Assembly (NCBI GenBank): GCA_965205945.1
Contig: CBDBIB010000001.1
Coordinates: forward strand, 320,001 to 384,000
From: Bdellovibrionales bacterium
GTDB lineage: Bacteria > Bdellovibrionota > Bdellovibrionia > Bdellovibrionales > UBA1609
Direction of reading: 5' to 3'
Length of the DNA: 64,000 bases
The notes beneath the pieces were generated by a model. It searched no databases and was not told the origin of the DNA. It saw nothing but the letters and a program-made list of their open reading frames with translations. Of this stretch, positions 27,858 to 43,789 are shown piece after piece (the first letter of the stretch is position 1; every line of letters begins with the position of its first letter). The position numbers were made by a program, and so were the translations under genes.

Positions 27858-30650
27858 TTAGACCCCTATTTTTAACAATGTTTTCTTTTCATAGGGAAAT
27901 GTTAATACAAGGTTATACTTTAAATTATTAAAGCTTTTAAAATATTCAGCCAACATATCCTTATACTCCTTTAATTGAGAAAAGCCCTTCTCCACCTGTT
28001 TAGAGCTTCCTGTTTTATAATCAACGATCCAAACCTCATCATCAATTTTAGACCACAAATCAATTTTACCAGAGACTTTAAATTCTCCATTATAATCAAA
28101 GCCCCACTCTCTTTCTCCTGTTAATAGAATTTGACTAAAAGGAAAGCTTTTTTGCTCAAAAAGATATCTTACAGCTTTTAAATGTTTTTCTTCATTTTCT
28201 TTAAAAGAAGCTTTCACTTCCCCTTCTGCCTCTTCTAGATTTTGAACTCTTTCCATCATCTCATGGAAAAAAACTCCTTCTGATATGGCAAAGGAAAGTT
28301 TTAAAAAGCGCGCCACATCACCTTTATAATTTCCAAATTCACTTTCATTTTTTTTTGTAATTCCTTTTTTTTTCTTATCTAAAAACTGACTAAATCCCTC
28401 CCACAAAAAAAAACCCTCATGATTTTTTCCTATAAATCTACTCTCCTTAGGAGTTTTAAAGGGCTCTAGTTCACTAAAAAAATCTTTTTCTTGTTTAGTT
28501 TTGATTAAAAAATCTAAGGTTAAACTAAGCCAAGATGGGGCCGTAGATACTTTTGAAATTTTTTTTGACCCAATTAATGACAATGTTTTTTTTGCTCTTG
28601 TCATAGCTACATAAAAAAGCCTTTTATTTTCAGCCAACATTTCAATTTTCTCACTCAAAGCTAAATCTGTAACTGCCATGGGAAAGATCATTTGGTTTTC
28701 ATTCACAGAATAATCTTTTAAACTAAATAGGTTTTCTTCTAAATTAAAATAATACGGATTGGGTTTAAAAGAGTTTGATTTATTCAAACCTATAACATAC
28801 ACATGATCAAATTGAAGGCCTTTTGACCCATGAATAGTCATGAGGAAACAACCACTACTTGGTTTTATCTCTTCACTTTCAAATCGATAAGATCCTCTTA
28901 AAATATCATCAATAAATCCTTGTAAATTAAAATTATTTTTTTTCTCCTCTTCCTCTAATGCTGAGACTAACTTTAAAATATTAAATTCCCTACCTTTAGT
29001 AGGATCCAAATTCTCAGAAAAATCTAAAAACCCTGATGAACCTATGAACTCTAAAAGAACTACTGAATAAGGTAGTTTTTTAGATATTTTAAAAAGCTTT
29101 TTTAAATTTAAAACCCCTTCTTTTTCAGAAAAAATATCCCATAATGACTTAGCTTCTCCATTTTTTATTTTCTTCATTCCTGTTTGTATCTCCAAGTCAG
29201 AAATCTTGCACCAAAACGACATAAGTAAAATCAATATATTTTCATCATTATCAGGGTCTAATAAGAAACTTAAAAAACTTATCAATTCAATAATTTCTAA
29301 TGAGGATTCAAAGCCTTTTGAAAAGGAAAATTTATATTCAACTTTTGCTTTCCTAAGTTCTTTACTACAATCTAAAAGGCTTTTAGATTCTTTAGATAAA
29401 ATTGCAACTGATTCTTTCTCTAAATCAATGCCTTTTAATTCTTTTATTACGTATAAAAACTCATCACGAATAACGCCCTCTTTAAAGTGCACTACTTTAA
29501 CACTGCCTTTTACGTTCTCTATAATAGGTTTCATTTCAACAAAATCTGGGAGCATAAATTTAGTAAGCTTATTTGCAAATTCTACTATTTCAGGAGCTGA
29601 TCTATAGTTATTAAGCATATATTCACTCTGCCCTCCAGATTCCTTTATTTTAGTAAATTCTTTTAAAAAAATCTCTTTCCTAGCTCCTCTAAAAAAATAG
29701 ATACTCTGAAACGGGTCTCCAACAAAATAATTTCTAGATTTTTGCGACAGTATATTAATAATTTTTTCCTGCATTGGACTTGTATCTTGATATTCATCAA
29801 AAAAGGAAAAATCCCATATTTTTTCATCAAACTTTTTCTCAATTAATTTATTCAATACCTGTACTTCAGTATCAAATATACTGCTTATATGGTTATCTTT
29901 AATATATAGTGTTAGGCGCTGATTCCATTTAGTATATAACCTTTGATATAGTTTATGTCGTTTAGAATAACTCTTTAAAAACTCTTCTGTATTTGCTTCA
30001 TCAATAAGAATATTCTTTAACTCTTTAAATTTCTTTTGCTCTTTAAAATCTAAACCTTTTATATACTTAAGTAAAGTGGATCCTCCTTGATCACATAAAA
30101 CATGTGCCTTTTTATCATCAGAACCTAAAACAAGTTTTCTAACTCTATCTTGCACAAAAGATTTTAAATATTCAAAAGTTAACACCTTAGGATCAGTATT
30201 AGAATTTCTATAAATATGTGTGAAAGCTTTTAAAACATCATTCTCTGTTCGAGCTTCTATAAAAAAATTCTGAGCGCCCTCTTCTATAATTAAATCATGA
30301 AATATTCCCCTTTCCACCTTATTACGATGAGATTCAGAAAAATACTTTTGCTCACCAGTTATTTCTCCATCATTTATTTGGTCTAAAACCTTTAAAAAAA
30401 TGGAATGCAAAGTTCCCACCTCTAAAAAACTAGACGAAACATACTCTAAAAAATCTTCATCATTTAATTCAATAGCTTTTAAAATAAGTCTTTCTGAGAG
30501 TTCATTTGCTGCTTTAATGGTAAACGTTGAAAGAAGAACTTTAGGCCGACGCCCTTCTTTCTTAAAAAAATCTTTATACACATTATAAACGGAATTTAAT
30601 AACCCCGTAGTTTTTCCTGCACCCGCTGTAGCTCTTACAATCTTATTCAT
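27858..30650 (-). CDS. addA: AddA/RecB-like helicase-nuclease
   Basis: ATAGAGKT, STFT, DEYQDTS, VGDPFQSIYFFRGA, TIHGSKGLQF, YVAMTRA and C-terminal GKIDL...VDYKTG. Confidence 0.88.
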   Translation of the reverse strand: MNKIVRATAGAGKTTGLLNSVYNVYKDFFKKEGRRPKVLLSTFTIKAANELSERLILKAIELNDEDFLEYVSSSFLEVGTLHSIFLKVLDQINDGEITGEQKYFSESHRNKVERGIFHDLIIEEGAQNFFIEARTENDVLKAFTHIYRNSNTDPKVLTFEYLKSFVQDRVRKLVLGSDDKKAHVLCDQGGSTLLKYIKGLDFKEQKKFKELKNILIDEANTEEFLKSYSKRHKLYQRLYTKWNQRLTLYIKDNHISSIFDTEVQVLNKLIEKKFDEKIWDFSFFDEYQDTSPMQEKIINILSQKSRNYFVGDPFQSIYFFRGARKEIFLKEFTKIKESGGQSEYMLNNYRSAPEIVEFANKLTKFMLPDFVEMKPIIENVKGSVKVVHFKEGVIRDEFLYVIKELKGIDLEKESVAILSKESKSLLDCSKELRKAKVEYKFSFSKGFESSLEIIELISFLSFLLDPDNDENILILLMSFWCKISDLEIQTGMKKIKNGEAKSLWDIFSEKEGVLNLKKLFKISKKLPYSVVLLEFIGSSGFLDFSENLDPTKGREFNILKLVSALEEEEKKNNFNLQGFIDDILRGSYRFESEEIKPSSGCFLMTIHGSKGLQFDHVYVIGLNKSNSFKPNPYYFNLEENLFSLKDYSVNENQMIFPMAVTDLALSEKIEMLAENKRLFYVAMTRAKKTLSLIGSKKISKVSTAPSWLSLTLDFLIKTKQEKDFFSELEPFKTPKESRFIGKNHEGFFLWEGFSQFLDKKKKGITKKNESEFGNYKGDVARFLKLSFAISEGVFFHEMMERVQNLEEAEGEVKASFKENEEKHLKAVRYLFEQKSFPFSQILLTGEREWGFDYNGEFKVSGKIDLWSKIDDEVWIVDYKTGSSKQVEKGFSQLKEYKDMLAEYFKSFNNLKYNLVLTFPYEKKTLLKIGV

Positions 30651-33016
30651 TAAAATGTTTCCGATTTTTTACAAATTCCGATCCAATTACAATTTACACA
30701 AACCTTTGAATAAGCTTGGTTTGGTTTTTCATTAAATACGTTATTTGATATATTTTCTAAAGTTTTCCAAAATTTAACTAAGAATATCTCTAATTTTTCT
30801 TCATATTTTTCTACTGTTACAGCAGAGCCTTGCGGCACTTCTTTGGCAAAATTTTGCCCGTTTTCTTTATCAACAAAACCTTTTACTCTTTTATAAGCTT
30901 TTACATTGATATATTGAAACCCTAAAAAATCTTTGAATTCACCCATAAAACCTTTATCTACAGCTATACAATACAAAAATAACTGTGGTGAGGGTTTAGA
31001 TCCTGAATATCTAGCTAGGGAAACTGACCCCGTGCCTGCTCTCTTATAGTCATATAAAAATATTTCATTCTTGTTAAAAACATCTATTCTATCAATAACT
31101 CCAACTATATTATAATCACCACTGTTTTTCATAAAAGTTTTTTCTTTAAGATTCACAAAAAAAGAAAAAAACTTTTCAGATTCAATTTTCTTAACTCCTT
31201 GCTCCTTAATATATTTATTTTCTGATTCAATAATTTTCCATAAATGCTTAACAAAAAAATCTAATGATGCTCTTCTAAAATAGTTAAGTTCCTCTTTTTC
31301 TGTATAAATCATTCCTTTAAGTAATTCTCTAAATTTATTTTTCGTAAGATTCTTATTATTAACTTCTTCAAGTGCCTTATGAATGAATAAACCCTCTTCT
31401 TTTGGAGATAAAAAATAATCTTCATCAGATTCAAAATTTAAACCCAAGACCTTTTCTAGATAAAATTTATACGAACATTCATCATATCTTTGAAGACTAG
31501 AGGCTGATATTTTATTGTCAAAATACTCAAGTCTATTTCGATTAACGTTAAATTCTTTTTTTATTCCTTTTTTTCGATCCGTACTCAACTCCTTCTTATC
31601 TTCATCATAAAGCATCTTAAAAACTCCAGGCTTTACAGAGCTTCCAATTGCCATTTTTTCAGAATATAAAATATGTTTTAAAACATTTGAATCTAATATC
31701 ATTGAATTTTTCATAAGTTCTCTAACATAATTATAATTTAAACTTACAAAATCCAGTCCTAAATCTCTTTCTAAACCTAATAAAATCGTATTGGTAAAAA
31801 GCTTTTCGCCATTTCTTTTAAACAACGAGTCATTCCAACCTAAAATATACATTTTCTCTACTTCTTGGACTGAGCAATATGTATAATCTTGAATAGGAAG
31901 CTTTGTAAATATTTTTTTAAACTTACTTTTTTCTCTATTTTCAATTTCGCTTAATATCTCCACCCAACTAGATATAGGTATTAAGCACTTAAACCCTATT
32001 TGATTTGCTATTGGCGATAATAAATTTAAATCATACTCTGTGAATCGACCTTTAAAAAACCTTAGCATTTCCTCATATGAAATCTTAGCATCTTCTTTCT
32101 TAGATATATTTATTATGTTTTTACTTTTAAAGTTATATCCATAACTAGTTTCTATTGTTTCAATTTTATTTTTTAATTTTTGTATGCAATTTTTTATAAA
32201 AGATCGCTCTCTTTTAGAATAAAAAAACACCTGTTCTTTAAAAAACTCCCTTTGATAGATAAAAAATAAATTTTCATACCCTTGGTTTCTTGGGTATAAG
32301 AAGAGATTTTGATTCTCTTTAGGGCCTTGACTGATGTTATTTAAAACAAACCTTACCTCTTCAATTTGTGAAGAAAAATTTGAAAACTCAAATTCAACTT
32401 CGTTCTCTTTTAAAGTTTTATATAACTCAATTTGTTTTTGCCATTGAACAATTTTTTTTTGAAACCTTAAAGTGCCTCCAGTAAACTGCTCCTGAAATCC
32501 TATTGGTAAATCTAATAATAAAGATTCTAAGAAAATGTATTTATTAGACTTTAAAAGTTTATTTAAACCAAGTTTAATAAAGCTTCTAGGTATGATTTTT
32601 CTTTGAAAAGCAGCTTCTACAGATTTAAAAGTCAAATCAAGCTTGGTCACATAATTAAACTCATTATTTTCAAAAAAATACTCCTTTAAAACATCAAAAA
32701 CCTCATTCTCAACAAAAGGGTCTGGAAAATTTTTCACCCACTTAATATGATCTAATACGCCTTTTACATCTTCTGTGCCTTTAAGGGTGTACGGATAAAG
32801 AAAATCATCAACAATTTTTAACCCTTCATCTTGAGTAAGTTTTTGAGTCAAAAGGTAGTCTAAGGTTACCACATCTCGATCTGATACAATCCTAGCCCCT
32901 AGACTAAAGAAAATTTCTTTTACCTGAAGGCTTTCAGCCTCTGTGCTCACAACTAAAGTCCTTTGACCAAAATTGTTCTCATAATGTCTTTTAATTTCTT
33001 TATATATCTGCACCAT
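30650..33016 (-). CDS. addB: AddB-like PD-(D/E)XK nuclease with Fe-S staple cysteines
   Basis: SASSLQRYDEC, GVIDRID...DYK and CVNCNWIGIC. Translationally coupled to addA. Confidence 0.82.
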   Translation of the reverse strand: MVQIYKEIKRHYENNFGQRTLVVSTEAESLQVKEIFFSLGARIVSDRDVVTLDYLLTQKLTQDEGLKIVDDFLYPYTLKGTEDVKGVLDHIKWVKNFPDPFVENEVFDVLKEYFFENNEFNYVTKLDLTFKSVEAAFQRKIIPRSFIKLGLNKLLKSNKYIFLESLLLDLPIGFQEQFTGGTLRFQKKIVQWQKQIELYKTLKENEVEFEFSNFSSQIEEVRFVLNNISQGPKENQNLFLYPRNQGYENLFFIYQREFFKEQVFFYSKRERSFIKNCIQKLKNKIETIETSYGYNFKSKNIINISKKEDAKISYEEMLRFFKGRFTEYDLNLLSPIANQIGFKCLIPISSWVEILSEIENREKSKFKKIFTKLPIQDYTYCSVQEVEKMYILGWNDSLFKRNGEKLFTNTILLGLERDLGLDFVSLNYNYVRELMKNSMILDSNVLKHILYSEKMAIGSSVKPGVFKMLYDEDKKELSTDRKKGIKKEFNVNRNRLEYFDNKISASSLQRYDECSYKFYLEKVLGLNFESDEDYFLSPKEEGLFIHKALEEVNNKNLTKNKFRELLKGMIYTEKEELNYFRRASLDFFVKHLWKIIESENKYIKEQGVKKIESEKFFSFFVNLKEKTFMKNSGDYNIVGVIDRIDVFNKNEIFLYDYKRAGTGSVSLARYSGSKPSPQLFLYCIAVDKGFMGEFKDFLGFQYINVKAYKRVKGFVDKENGQNFAKEVPQGSAVTVEKYEEKLEIFLVKFWKTLENISNNVFNEKPNQAYSKVCVNCNWIGICKKSETF

Positions 33017-33657
33017 ACACGATCTTCTTTTCTCGTATTAAACCATAAATAAACAACACCAAAGACATAGTAAAAGGTTTAAACATATTAAGCTACCTTC
33101 CTGATTTATTTTAGATAAATTGCTAATTGTTGAAAAATTTAGCATGACAGACTAACCTTACTATTTTAGAAACAAAACACAAATTAGACCTCAAAGAAGA
33201 ATAGCATAAAAAATTTAAGTTTAAATAAGTTGAACTAGGCTCTGCCTTTCATTAAACCCTTCTCTTCAAAATTGTTTTAAAATTTACTTTCCAAAAATCT
33301 TTGGTAAAGATTTTTTTTAGAAATCGTATTTTTTCTTTACTTAAGGCCCGAACTTCATTCTCTTTTAAAACCTGCACTCCATTTAGCTCCACAAAAACTA
33401 AATACATGAGCAAAACTTGTAATTAAATATCTGTCTACTTCTTTAGTATTTCATATATGAACCAGGTTTTAGCCCAAGTATCTCACCAATAAAATACTCT
33501 AAAACCTCTTAATGCCGTAATAACAGGTTAGCTGGCCTGAAAACCATAGATTTCAACAATATTTTTATCTCACATTAAAGCCTTTTAGTATCATTAATAA
33601 CGAGTCAATTCGGAAAATTGTCTCATTTATGACTTAAGCTTAATATATTTTTAATTC

Positions 33658-34410
33658 ATGTCGATAGAGTTTATGATGTGGGATGATAAAGTCAAAATTT
33701 TAATTATTTCGTATAACAACCACTTTCTTAGTGAACACACTCTTGAATTAGAGGCACACTTTAACATTCAAAGAGCAAATTCTGAACAAGTTGCTTTCTT
33801 TCTAATAAGGGAAGCTGGTATAAAACTTGTTCTTTTAGATATTGAATCTCCCATTTCTAATTCTATATACTCTTTAAGAAAGTCCTTTGGTTATGGTCTT
33901 GGCATCATCAGCATAGGAAATGATACCAGAACTAATATAGAGACTGCATTTAAAAATCATAGCGATATGTTTATACGCCGAACAGCTCATCCTCAACAGC
34001 TAATACTCTCTTGTTTTGCCTTAAAAAAACGTTTAGAAAGAACAAATCAAGTGGAGCAAAGAGAAAATCCAAAAAGCAGAAGTGACTCAAGAGCACGGAT
34101 TAAACTTGGTGAGATTGAGATTTTTCCAAAAGATTACCTTGTTCATTATGAAGGTAAAGCAATCAAAGTTACTCCGACTCAATTTAAACTATTACTTTCT
34201 TTTGTTTCAAAAACTGATGAGCTTTTGTCTCGCGAATGGCTACAAGAGCACATTTGGGAAGACAGTAATATTTCACATCGTTCAATAGACGCACATATAT
34301 CAAAATTAAAAAAAATAATCCCTTCTTTATCCGGCTCACTTATTAATATTTACGGAAAAGGGTATATGCTTAACTCATACCATCTAGAAGATGAGGCCAT
34401 AGTCGCCTAA
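33658..34410 (+). CDS. OmpR/PhoB-family response regulator with atypical receiver
   Basis: Winged-helix C-terminus (TPTQFKLL, LSREWL, RSIDAHISKLKK, IYGKGY). Confidence 0.88.
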   Translation: MSIEFMMWDDKVKILIISYNNHFLSEHTLELEAHFNIQRANSEQVAFFLIREAGIKLVLLDIESPISNSIYSLRKSFGYGLGIISIGNDTRTNIETAFKNHSDMFIRRTAHPQQLILSCFALKKRLERTNQVEQRENPKSRSDSRARIKLGEIEIFPKDYLVHYEGKAIKVTPTQFKLLLSFVSKTDELLSREWLQEHIWEDSNISHRSIDAHISKLKKIIPSLSGSLINIYGKGYMLNSYHLEDEAIVA

Positions 34411-35522
34411 GGACACTCATAATTTAGTGCAAATGATTTTCCTGGTGGTAAAGCTGGGTTAAATATTATTTCATCTAGATTTTCAGACAGAGTCCAGGAA
34501 TAATCACTATCAAGCCTTACATCCAAAGATTCTGCATCAATAAGTTTACATTTTAATCTTTCACTAGATTTTGTTTTAGATAAAATGTCTTTAATACTTC
34601 CTAACTCACTTGTATAATTATTAGAGCAGATGCTGCCTATTACGCCTGGAACTAGCTGGCCCCCAGCATAAGAGCCTATTGTTGCACCAGAAGCACTATT
34701 AATTAAAGATTCATTATTTGGATTTGTCATAGCCATATAAAATTCGCCTATAACTCCACGAATATTTATATTTCCACCTTGTCCTCTTTGAGCAGCTCTA
34801 CAAGACACTGTATCTGTAACAATTGCATGAACACTTACGTCTGTATTTCTACCTAATCTTGTACTAATAGCTGAAAATAAGTTTTCTGGATAGTCTAAAG
34901 CCTCAGGCCTTCTATTTGGATACTGACTTAAAGAGTTTCCATGGCCTCTAACATCTTCATCTGATAGAAAGATAATAGATAAATGACCATTTTTTCTAAA
35001 AAAGTTTCTTTTATTCCCATCCACGGCTAAAAAAGCTGAATAAATACCTCTTTCATCATCTGAAGGACAACGATCCTTATTATAATTACTTTCTTCACAA
35101 TCTAAGGTTTCCTTTCTTTTAACTGTACTTCTAAACTGACTCTCTATATTTTTAGTTTTTGGTGTTAAATAATAATCACCGTTTGAAAACTGTAAGAAAT
35201 TACCATTTTGAAGCTTACCATTATTAACAAGTTTTCTTGTTTCTGATGAAACATCCGTAGTGATTATACCTATTCTATAATCTAGGCCAGCAAGCTCTAA
35301 ACCTTCTACAAAGTTTGGAAAGCTTTCTGCCATTCTTTCTTGCTCTACTGACATTGAGCCTGAGTTGTCTACCACAAATAAAATATCAACCTGCCCCACA
35401 TCTACAGTATATGCTTGAATAGACATATCTACTTTTGAAAATTCTGTATCGGAACAAGCAGTAAGACCACTTAAGACTATAAGTGCTAGCTTTATTTTTA
35501 TTATCTTATTTAAATACATCAT
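34407..35522 (-). CDS. vWA-domain lipoprotein
   Basis: Lipobox LTAC, MIDAS VDILFVVDNSGSM, LSDED and GSIC..NY. Confidence 0.85.
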   Translation of the reverse strand: MMYLNKIIKIKLALIVLSGLTACSDTEFSKVDMSIQAYTVDVGQVDILFVVDNSGSMSVEQERMAESFPNFVEGLELAGLDYRIGIITTDVSSETRKLVNNGKLQNGNFLQFSNGDYYLTPKTKNIESQFRSTVKRKETLDCEESNYNKDRCPSDDERGIYSAFLAVDGNKRNFFRKNGHLSIIFLSDEDVRGHGNSLSQYPNRRPEALDYPENLFSAISTRLGRNTDVSVHAIVTDTVSCRAAQRGQGGNINIRGVIGEFYMAMTNPNNESLINSASGATIGSYAGGQLVPGVIGSICSNNYTSELGSIKDILSKTKSSERLKCKLIDAESLDVRLDSDYSWTLSENLDEIIFNPALPPGKSFALNYECP

Positions 35523-35683
35523 AATTAACTCCCTGCTAGGAGTATTCCAAGAAATATACCAAATTTAAAAATCCTAAGTGTTTATTTTTATTAGTCTTTA
35601 TACATGAAGATTTTTCTAAAGGTGAGCAGATTTTATTCAAAGGCCGAACTTTGTCTTTAGTCTGAATTTTTTTCATCCGATGA

Positions 35684-36166
35684 ATGTACATGAATAAAGG
35701 CACTTTAAATCAAAAATACTTAGGTTTTTTTCTAATTATATCCTCATTAACAGCTTTAATACTCTTATTAAAATATGGTGATTTTATTTCAACAAGTAAC
35801 GGCAAAAAAAAATCTATCCTTGCAATTAAACAAGAAAAAAAGAGCCTGTTTCAGCTCTTATGGGAGGAGGATATTAAGAAAATGTATAATAAAAACCTCT
35901 TCCATAATAATATAGTTTCCTTAAATAGGGTTCGTATTTTCCTATTAGATCAAAATCTTCATAGGCATTTTGATAAACTTAAAGCGCCATTTAAAGTAAA
36001 TAAAAATGGAAATAACTTATTAGAAGTAAGCTTTATGTCTCATCATTCTCAACTAGACAACACGGATAAGCTCATTGTCCAATACAACTTAATAAATAAA
36101 CATAGTAAAGAAATGTTTTGGGAGTATTCTAGAACAATTATACTTCCAGATAGTATTTTAAATTAA
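35684..36166 (+). CDS. Hypothetical membrane-anchored protein
   Basis: One TM segment, open 160-aa frame. Confidence 0.65.
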   Translation: MYMNKGTLNQKYLGFFLIISSLTALILLLKYGDFISTSNGKKKSILAIKQEKKSLFQLLWEEDIKKMYNKNLFHNNIVSLNRVRIFLLDQNLHRHFDKLKAPFKVNKNGNNLLEVSFMSHHSQLDNTDKLIVQYNLINKHSKEMFWEYSRTIILPDSILN

Positions 36167-36174
36167 ATAAAAAA

Positions 36175-36212
36175 AGCCTAGAAGGGTTTCCCTTACTAGG
36201 CTTGAAAAAAAA
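36175..36212. terminator. Intrinsic terminator at end of rRNA operon
   Basis: AAGCCTAG-AAGGG...CCTT-A-CTAGGCTT hairpin preceded by an A tract (U tract on the minus strand). Confidence 0.75.
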
Positions 36213-36328
36213 GGTTGGCATCGTGCTACTCTCTCACAGACTACTCTGCAATACCATCGCCGCTGATGGACTTAACTTCTGAGTTCGGAATGGATTCAGG
36301 TGTACCCCCACTGCTATAGACACCAACA
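36213..36328 (-). rRNA. rrf: 5S rRNA
   Basis: Contains CCATTCCGAACTCAGAAGTTAAG and GATGGTA...GAGAGTAG. Terminal stem GTTGGTG/GCCAAC. Confidence 0.95.
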
Positions 36329-36507
36329 AAAAATAATTAGGTAAATAATATATATAAGTTTAATACACAGATCTCATAATTTTAAAAAATTTCTTTTATA
36401 ATTAAACTAAGCTTTTAATAAGAACTATTTTCAAAAATTTGCAACAAATATGTTAAAATTAACTCAAGTCATTCTTAACAAGCCCAAACATTAAAGAAAT
36501 CTGAATA

Positions 36508-39449
<2,942 letters not shown>

Positions 39450-39739
39450 GTTCATGTTAAAGCCTGTTAAGAATCACTTGAATTAATCAAGTGTTGCAAC
39501 TTTTGAAATGTCTTACTTTATATTTTTTGAATATTATAGTTTATAATATAACTTTCAATGTATCTATACTTATTTAGCACCCAGTTTAACTCATTTAGAA
39601 ATTCGAAAAAACATTATGATGTTTTACTCTGTGTTTTTAAAAAATTAAACTGATATATAATAATTTACCTAATTGTCAAAGAACTAACCCCTAAAGGGTG
39701 CACTTGCTTTTAAAGCTCATTTTGAGTTCGTCTCTCAGT

Positions 39740-39816
<77 letters not shown>

Positions 39817-39900
39817 AAATAGTTGCTCTCTCAAAGTTGAATAGTTTTTGTGTTTTTTGGATTGACCTAAGACGAAGAAACCTAAGTTTCTTATTTTATC

Positions 39901-41420
<1,520 letters not shown>

Positions 41421-41588
41421 AATCTGTATCATATCATTTATTATTAAAACGAATTTCAAAAAAATTTTAGTTCTAACCAATAGCTGTTAAATGGCCATTA
41501 AAACATCCACTTAAGCTACTAAATTAAAAGCCAAAAAACCAAAAACTATTCAATTTTCAAAGAGCTGATTGCATCGAGCTAAGGTGTG

Positions 41589-41617
41589 GTTCTATGCTCA
41601 GTTTTAATTTAAGTCAA
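41589..41617 (-). promoter_or_regulatory. rRNA operon sigma-70 promoter
   Basis: TTGACT-N17-TAGAAC, with an AT-rich UP-like region upstream and boxA-like GCTCTTTGAAAA at about 41554-41565. Confidence 0.7.
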
Positions 41618-42112
41618 TGAGACTGTCTAAAAAAAAATACTTTTCTATATTTTTTCTCTTATAATTTTTTTAAAGATAAACAAAGCAAAAAAAACACAGT
41701 TACTACAATTACTTAACAAAAATATGCTCTTTAAAACACACATAAAAATATGGCACTTAATCTTTAAATATTTATTTTTTACGCGCCCTTTTAAGCATAA
41801 CCAAGAACTATAAAGTATTAAAAAATCTCTTATTTTCTGCTAACAGCTCTTTAATGACAAGCAACTTTCTCAAGCGTTATTATTAAAATCACTGTGCTCT
41901 TTAAAAACCTAATTTATATACCTTTGCCTTAACTCCACTTTTATGGAAAAAAGAAGTTTAGTTTTCTTTAAAAAACCAAAAAAAACTAAGATTAATTTTA
42001 AAATGTCTAATGTTTTACATTTTAAAACTATCCCCATATAACGGACTCTTTAACAATGTTTAAATTAAACGGCTGCATAAAAAAATAATATATTTAAAAT
42101 AGGAGAACATTC

Positions 42113-43789
42113 ATGACTGAAAAAATCATATACACAATGAAAAATGTAAGCAAAGTTTATCCTCCTAACAAGTATGTCTTAAAAAATATTTACTTATCAT
42201 ACTTTTACGGAGCAAAGATTGGTGTTTTAGGGTTAAATGGATCTGGAAAAAGTTCTTTACTAAATATTATAGCAGGAAAAGATGGGGATTTCTTAGGTGA
42301 ATCTTTTCCTTCTAAAGATTTTAAACTTGGCTACTTAGAACAAGAACCTAGGTTAGACCCTAAAAAAACAGTTAAAGAAAATATTTTAGAGGGAATAGGG
42401 GAGCTTTCAATTCTGCTTAAAGAATTTGAAAAGATTAGTATGGACATGTGTGATCCTAATATTTCAGACGATCAGATAAATAAACTTGCTAATAAACAGG
42501 GTGATATCCAAGAAAAGATTGAGGCTCAAGATGGCTGGGAAATTGACCAGAAAATCAATATGGCAATGGAAGCCCTAAGATGTCCTCTTGAAAACGAAAG
42601 TATTCAGAATCTTTCTGGAGGGGAAAAAAGACGTGTGGCTTTAGCAAAGCTTTTATTATCTGAACCAGATATTTTATTACTTGATGAACCCACCAATCAT
42701 TTAGATACAGAGTCTGTAGCTTGGCTTGAGCACTATTTAGCAAAGTTTCCAGGCACTGTTATTGCTGTCACTCATGATAGATATTTCTTAGATAACGTTG
42801 CAGGATGGATTTTAGAACTTGATCGAGGTCAAGGAATTCCCTGGAAAGGAAACTACTCTTCATGGCTTGAACAAAAAAATAAAAGACTGCAACAAGAAGA
42901 AAGAGGAGAAGGCCGCAAACAAAAACTTTTAGAAAAAGAGCTTGAATGGATGAAAATGACTCCTAAAGGACGCCATATAAAGTCGAAAGCGAGAATCTCT
43001 CAATATGAAGAACTTTTAAAAGAGCCGAGTAAAGAAAAACTTCAAGATCTTCAAATATATATTCCTCCTGGACCTCGTTTAGGTGAATTAGTTATTCAAG
43101 CTAAAAATATTTCAAAGGCTTTTAGTAAAAAAATTTTGTTTACAGATTTTTCTTTTGAAGTTCCAAGGGGAGCAATTATTGGAATTATAGGGCCAAATGG
43201 TGCAGGTAAAACCACGTTATTTAAAATGATGGCAGGGGCTGAAGCTCCAGATTCTGGTGAATTTAAAATTGGTAGCACTGTTAAAATAGCTTACATAGAC
43301 CAGTCAAGAAAAGATTTAGATCCTAAAAAAACTGTTTGGGAGCAGATTTCAGAAGGGAATGAAGTTATGCAGGTGGGTGATCAAGAAATGAATTCCCGTG
43401 CTTATGTTTCTAAATTTAACTTTGCTGGAGGAGACCAGCAAAAAAAAATTAAAGCTTTGTCTGGAGGAGAACGAAATAGAGTTCAACTTGCAATGCTGCT
43501 GTCACAAGGAGCAAATCTAATTCTTTTAGATGAGCCTACAAATGATTTAGATGTAAATACAATAAGAGCTTTAGAGGGCGCATTACTCGCTTTTGGAGGT
43601 AGTGCTGTAGTAATTTCCCATGACCGCTGGTTCCTGGATAGAATCTGTACTCACACTATGGCTTTTGAAGGAAGTTCTTATGTAAAATGTTTTCCAGGCC
43701 CTTACTCTGAATATGAGGAAGACTATAAGAACAGAAAAGGAGTAGATACAATTCAACCTAAAAGAATTCAATACCTAAAACTCAACTAA
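42113..43789 (+). CDS. ettA: Energy-dependent translational throttle ABC-F protein
   Basis: LSYFYGAKIGVLGLNGSGKS, two ABC domains, WILELDRGQGIPWKGNYSSWLEQK and IPPGPRLG. Confidence 0.96.
   Translation: MTEKIIYTMKNVSKVYPPNKYVLKNIYLSYFYGAKIGVLGLNGSGKSSLLNIIAGKDGDFLGESFPSKDFKLGYLEQEPRLDPKKTVKENILEGIGELSILLKEFEKISMDMCDPNISDDQINKLANKQGDIQEKIEAQDGWEIDQKINMAMEALRCPLENESIQNLSGGEKRRVALAKLLLSEPDILLLDEPTNHLDTESVAWLEHYLAKFPGTVIAVTHDRYFLDNVAGWILELDRGQGIPWKGNYSSWLEQKNKRLQQEERGEGRKQKLLEKELEWMKMTPKGRHIKSKARISQYEELLKEPSKEKLQDLQIYIPPGPRLGELVIQAKNISKAFSKKILFTDFSFEVPRGAIIGIIGPNGAGKTTLFKMMAGAEAPDSGEFKIGSTVKIAYIDQSRKDLDPKKTVWEQISEGNEVMQVGDQEMNSRAYVSKFNFAGGDQQKKIKALSGGERNRVQLAMLLSQGANLILLDEPTNDLDVNTIRALEGALLAFGGSAVVISHDRWFLDRICTHTMAFEGSSYVKCFPGPYSEYEEDYKNRKGVDTIQPKRIQYLKLN

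Noticed and set aside
27858..33016. Helicase plus Cas4-like nuclease pair as a novel defence system
   Set aside because: Architecture and coupling fit ordinary AddAB. An AddB lacking Walker A is known in other lineages.
35546..35561. Sigma54-like TGGTAT-N5-TTGGA upstream of the vWA lipoprotein (and AGGCTT-N5-TTGTA before 57183)
   Set aside because: Both lack the conserved -12 GC, so they are too weak to call.
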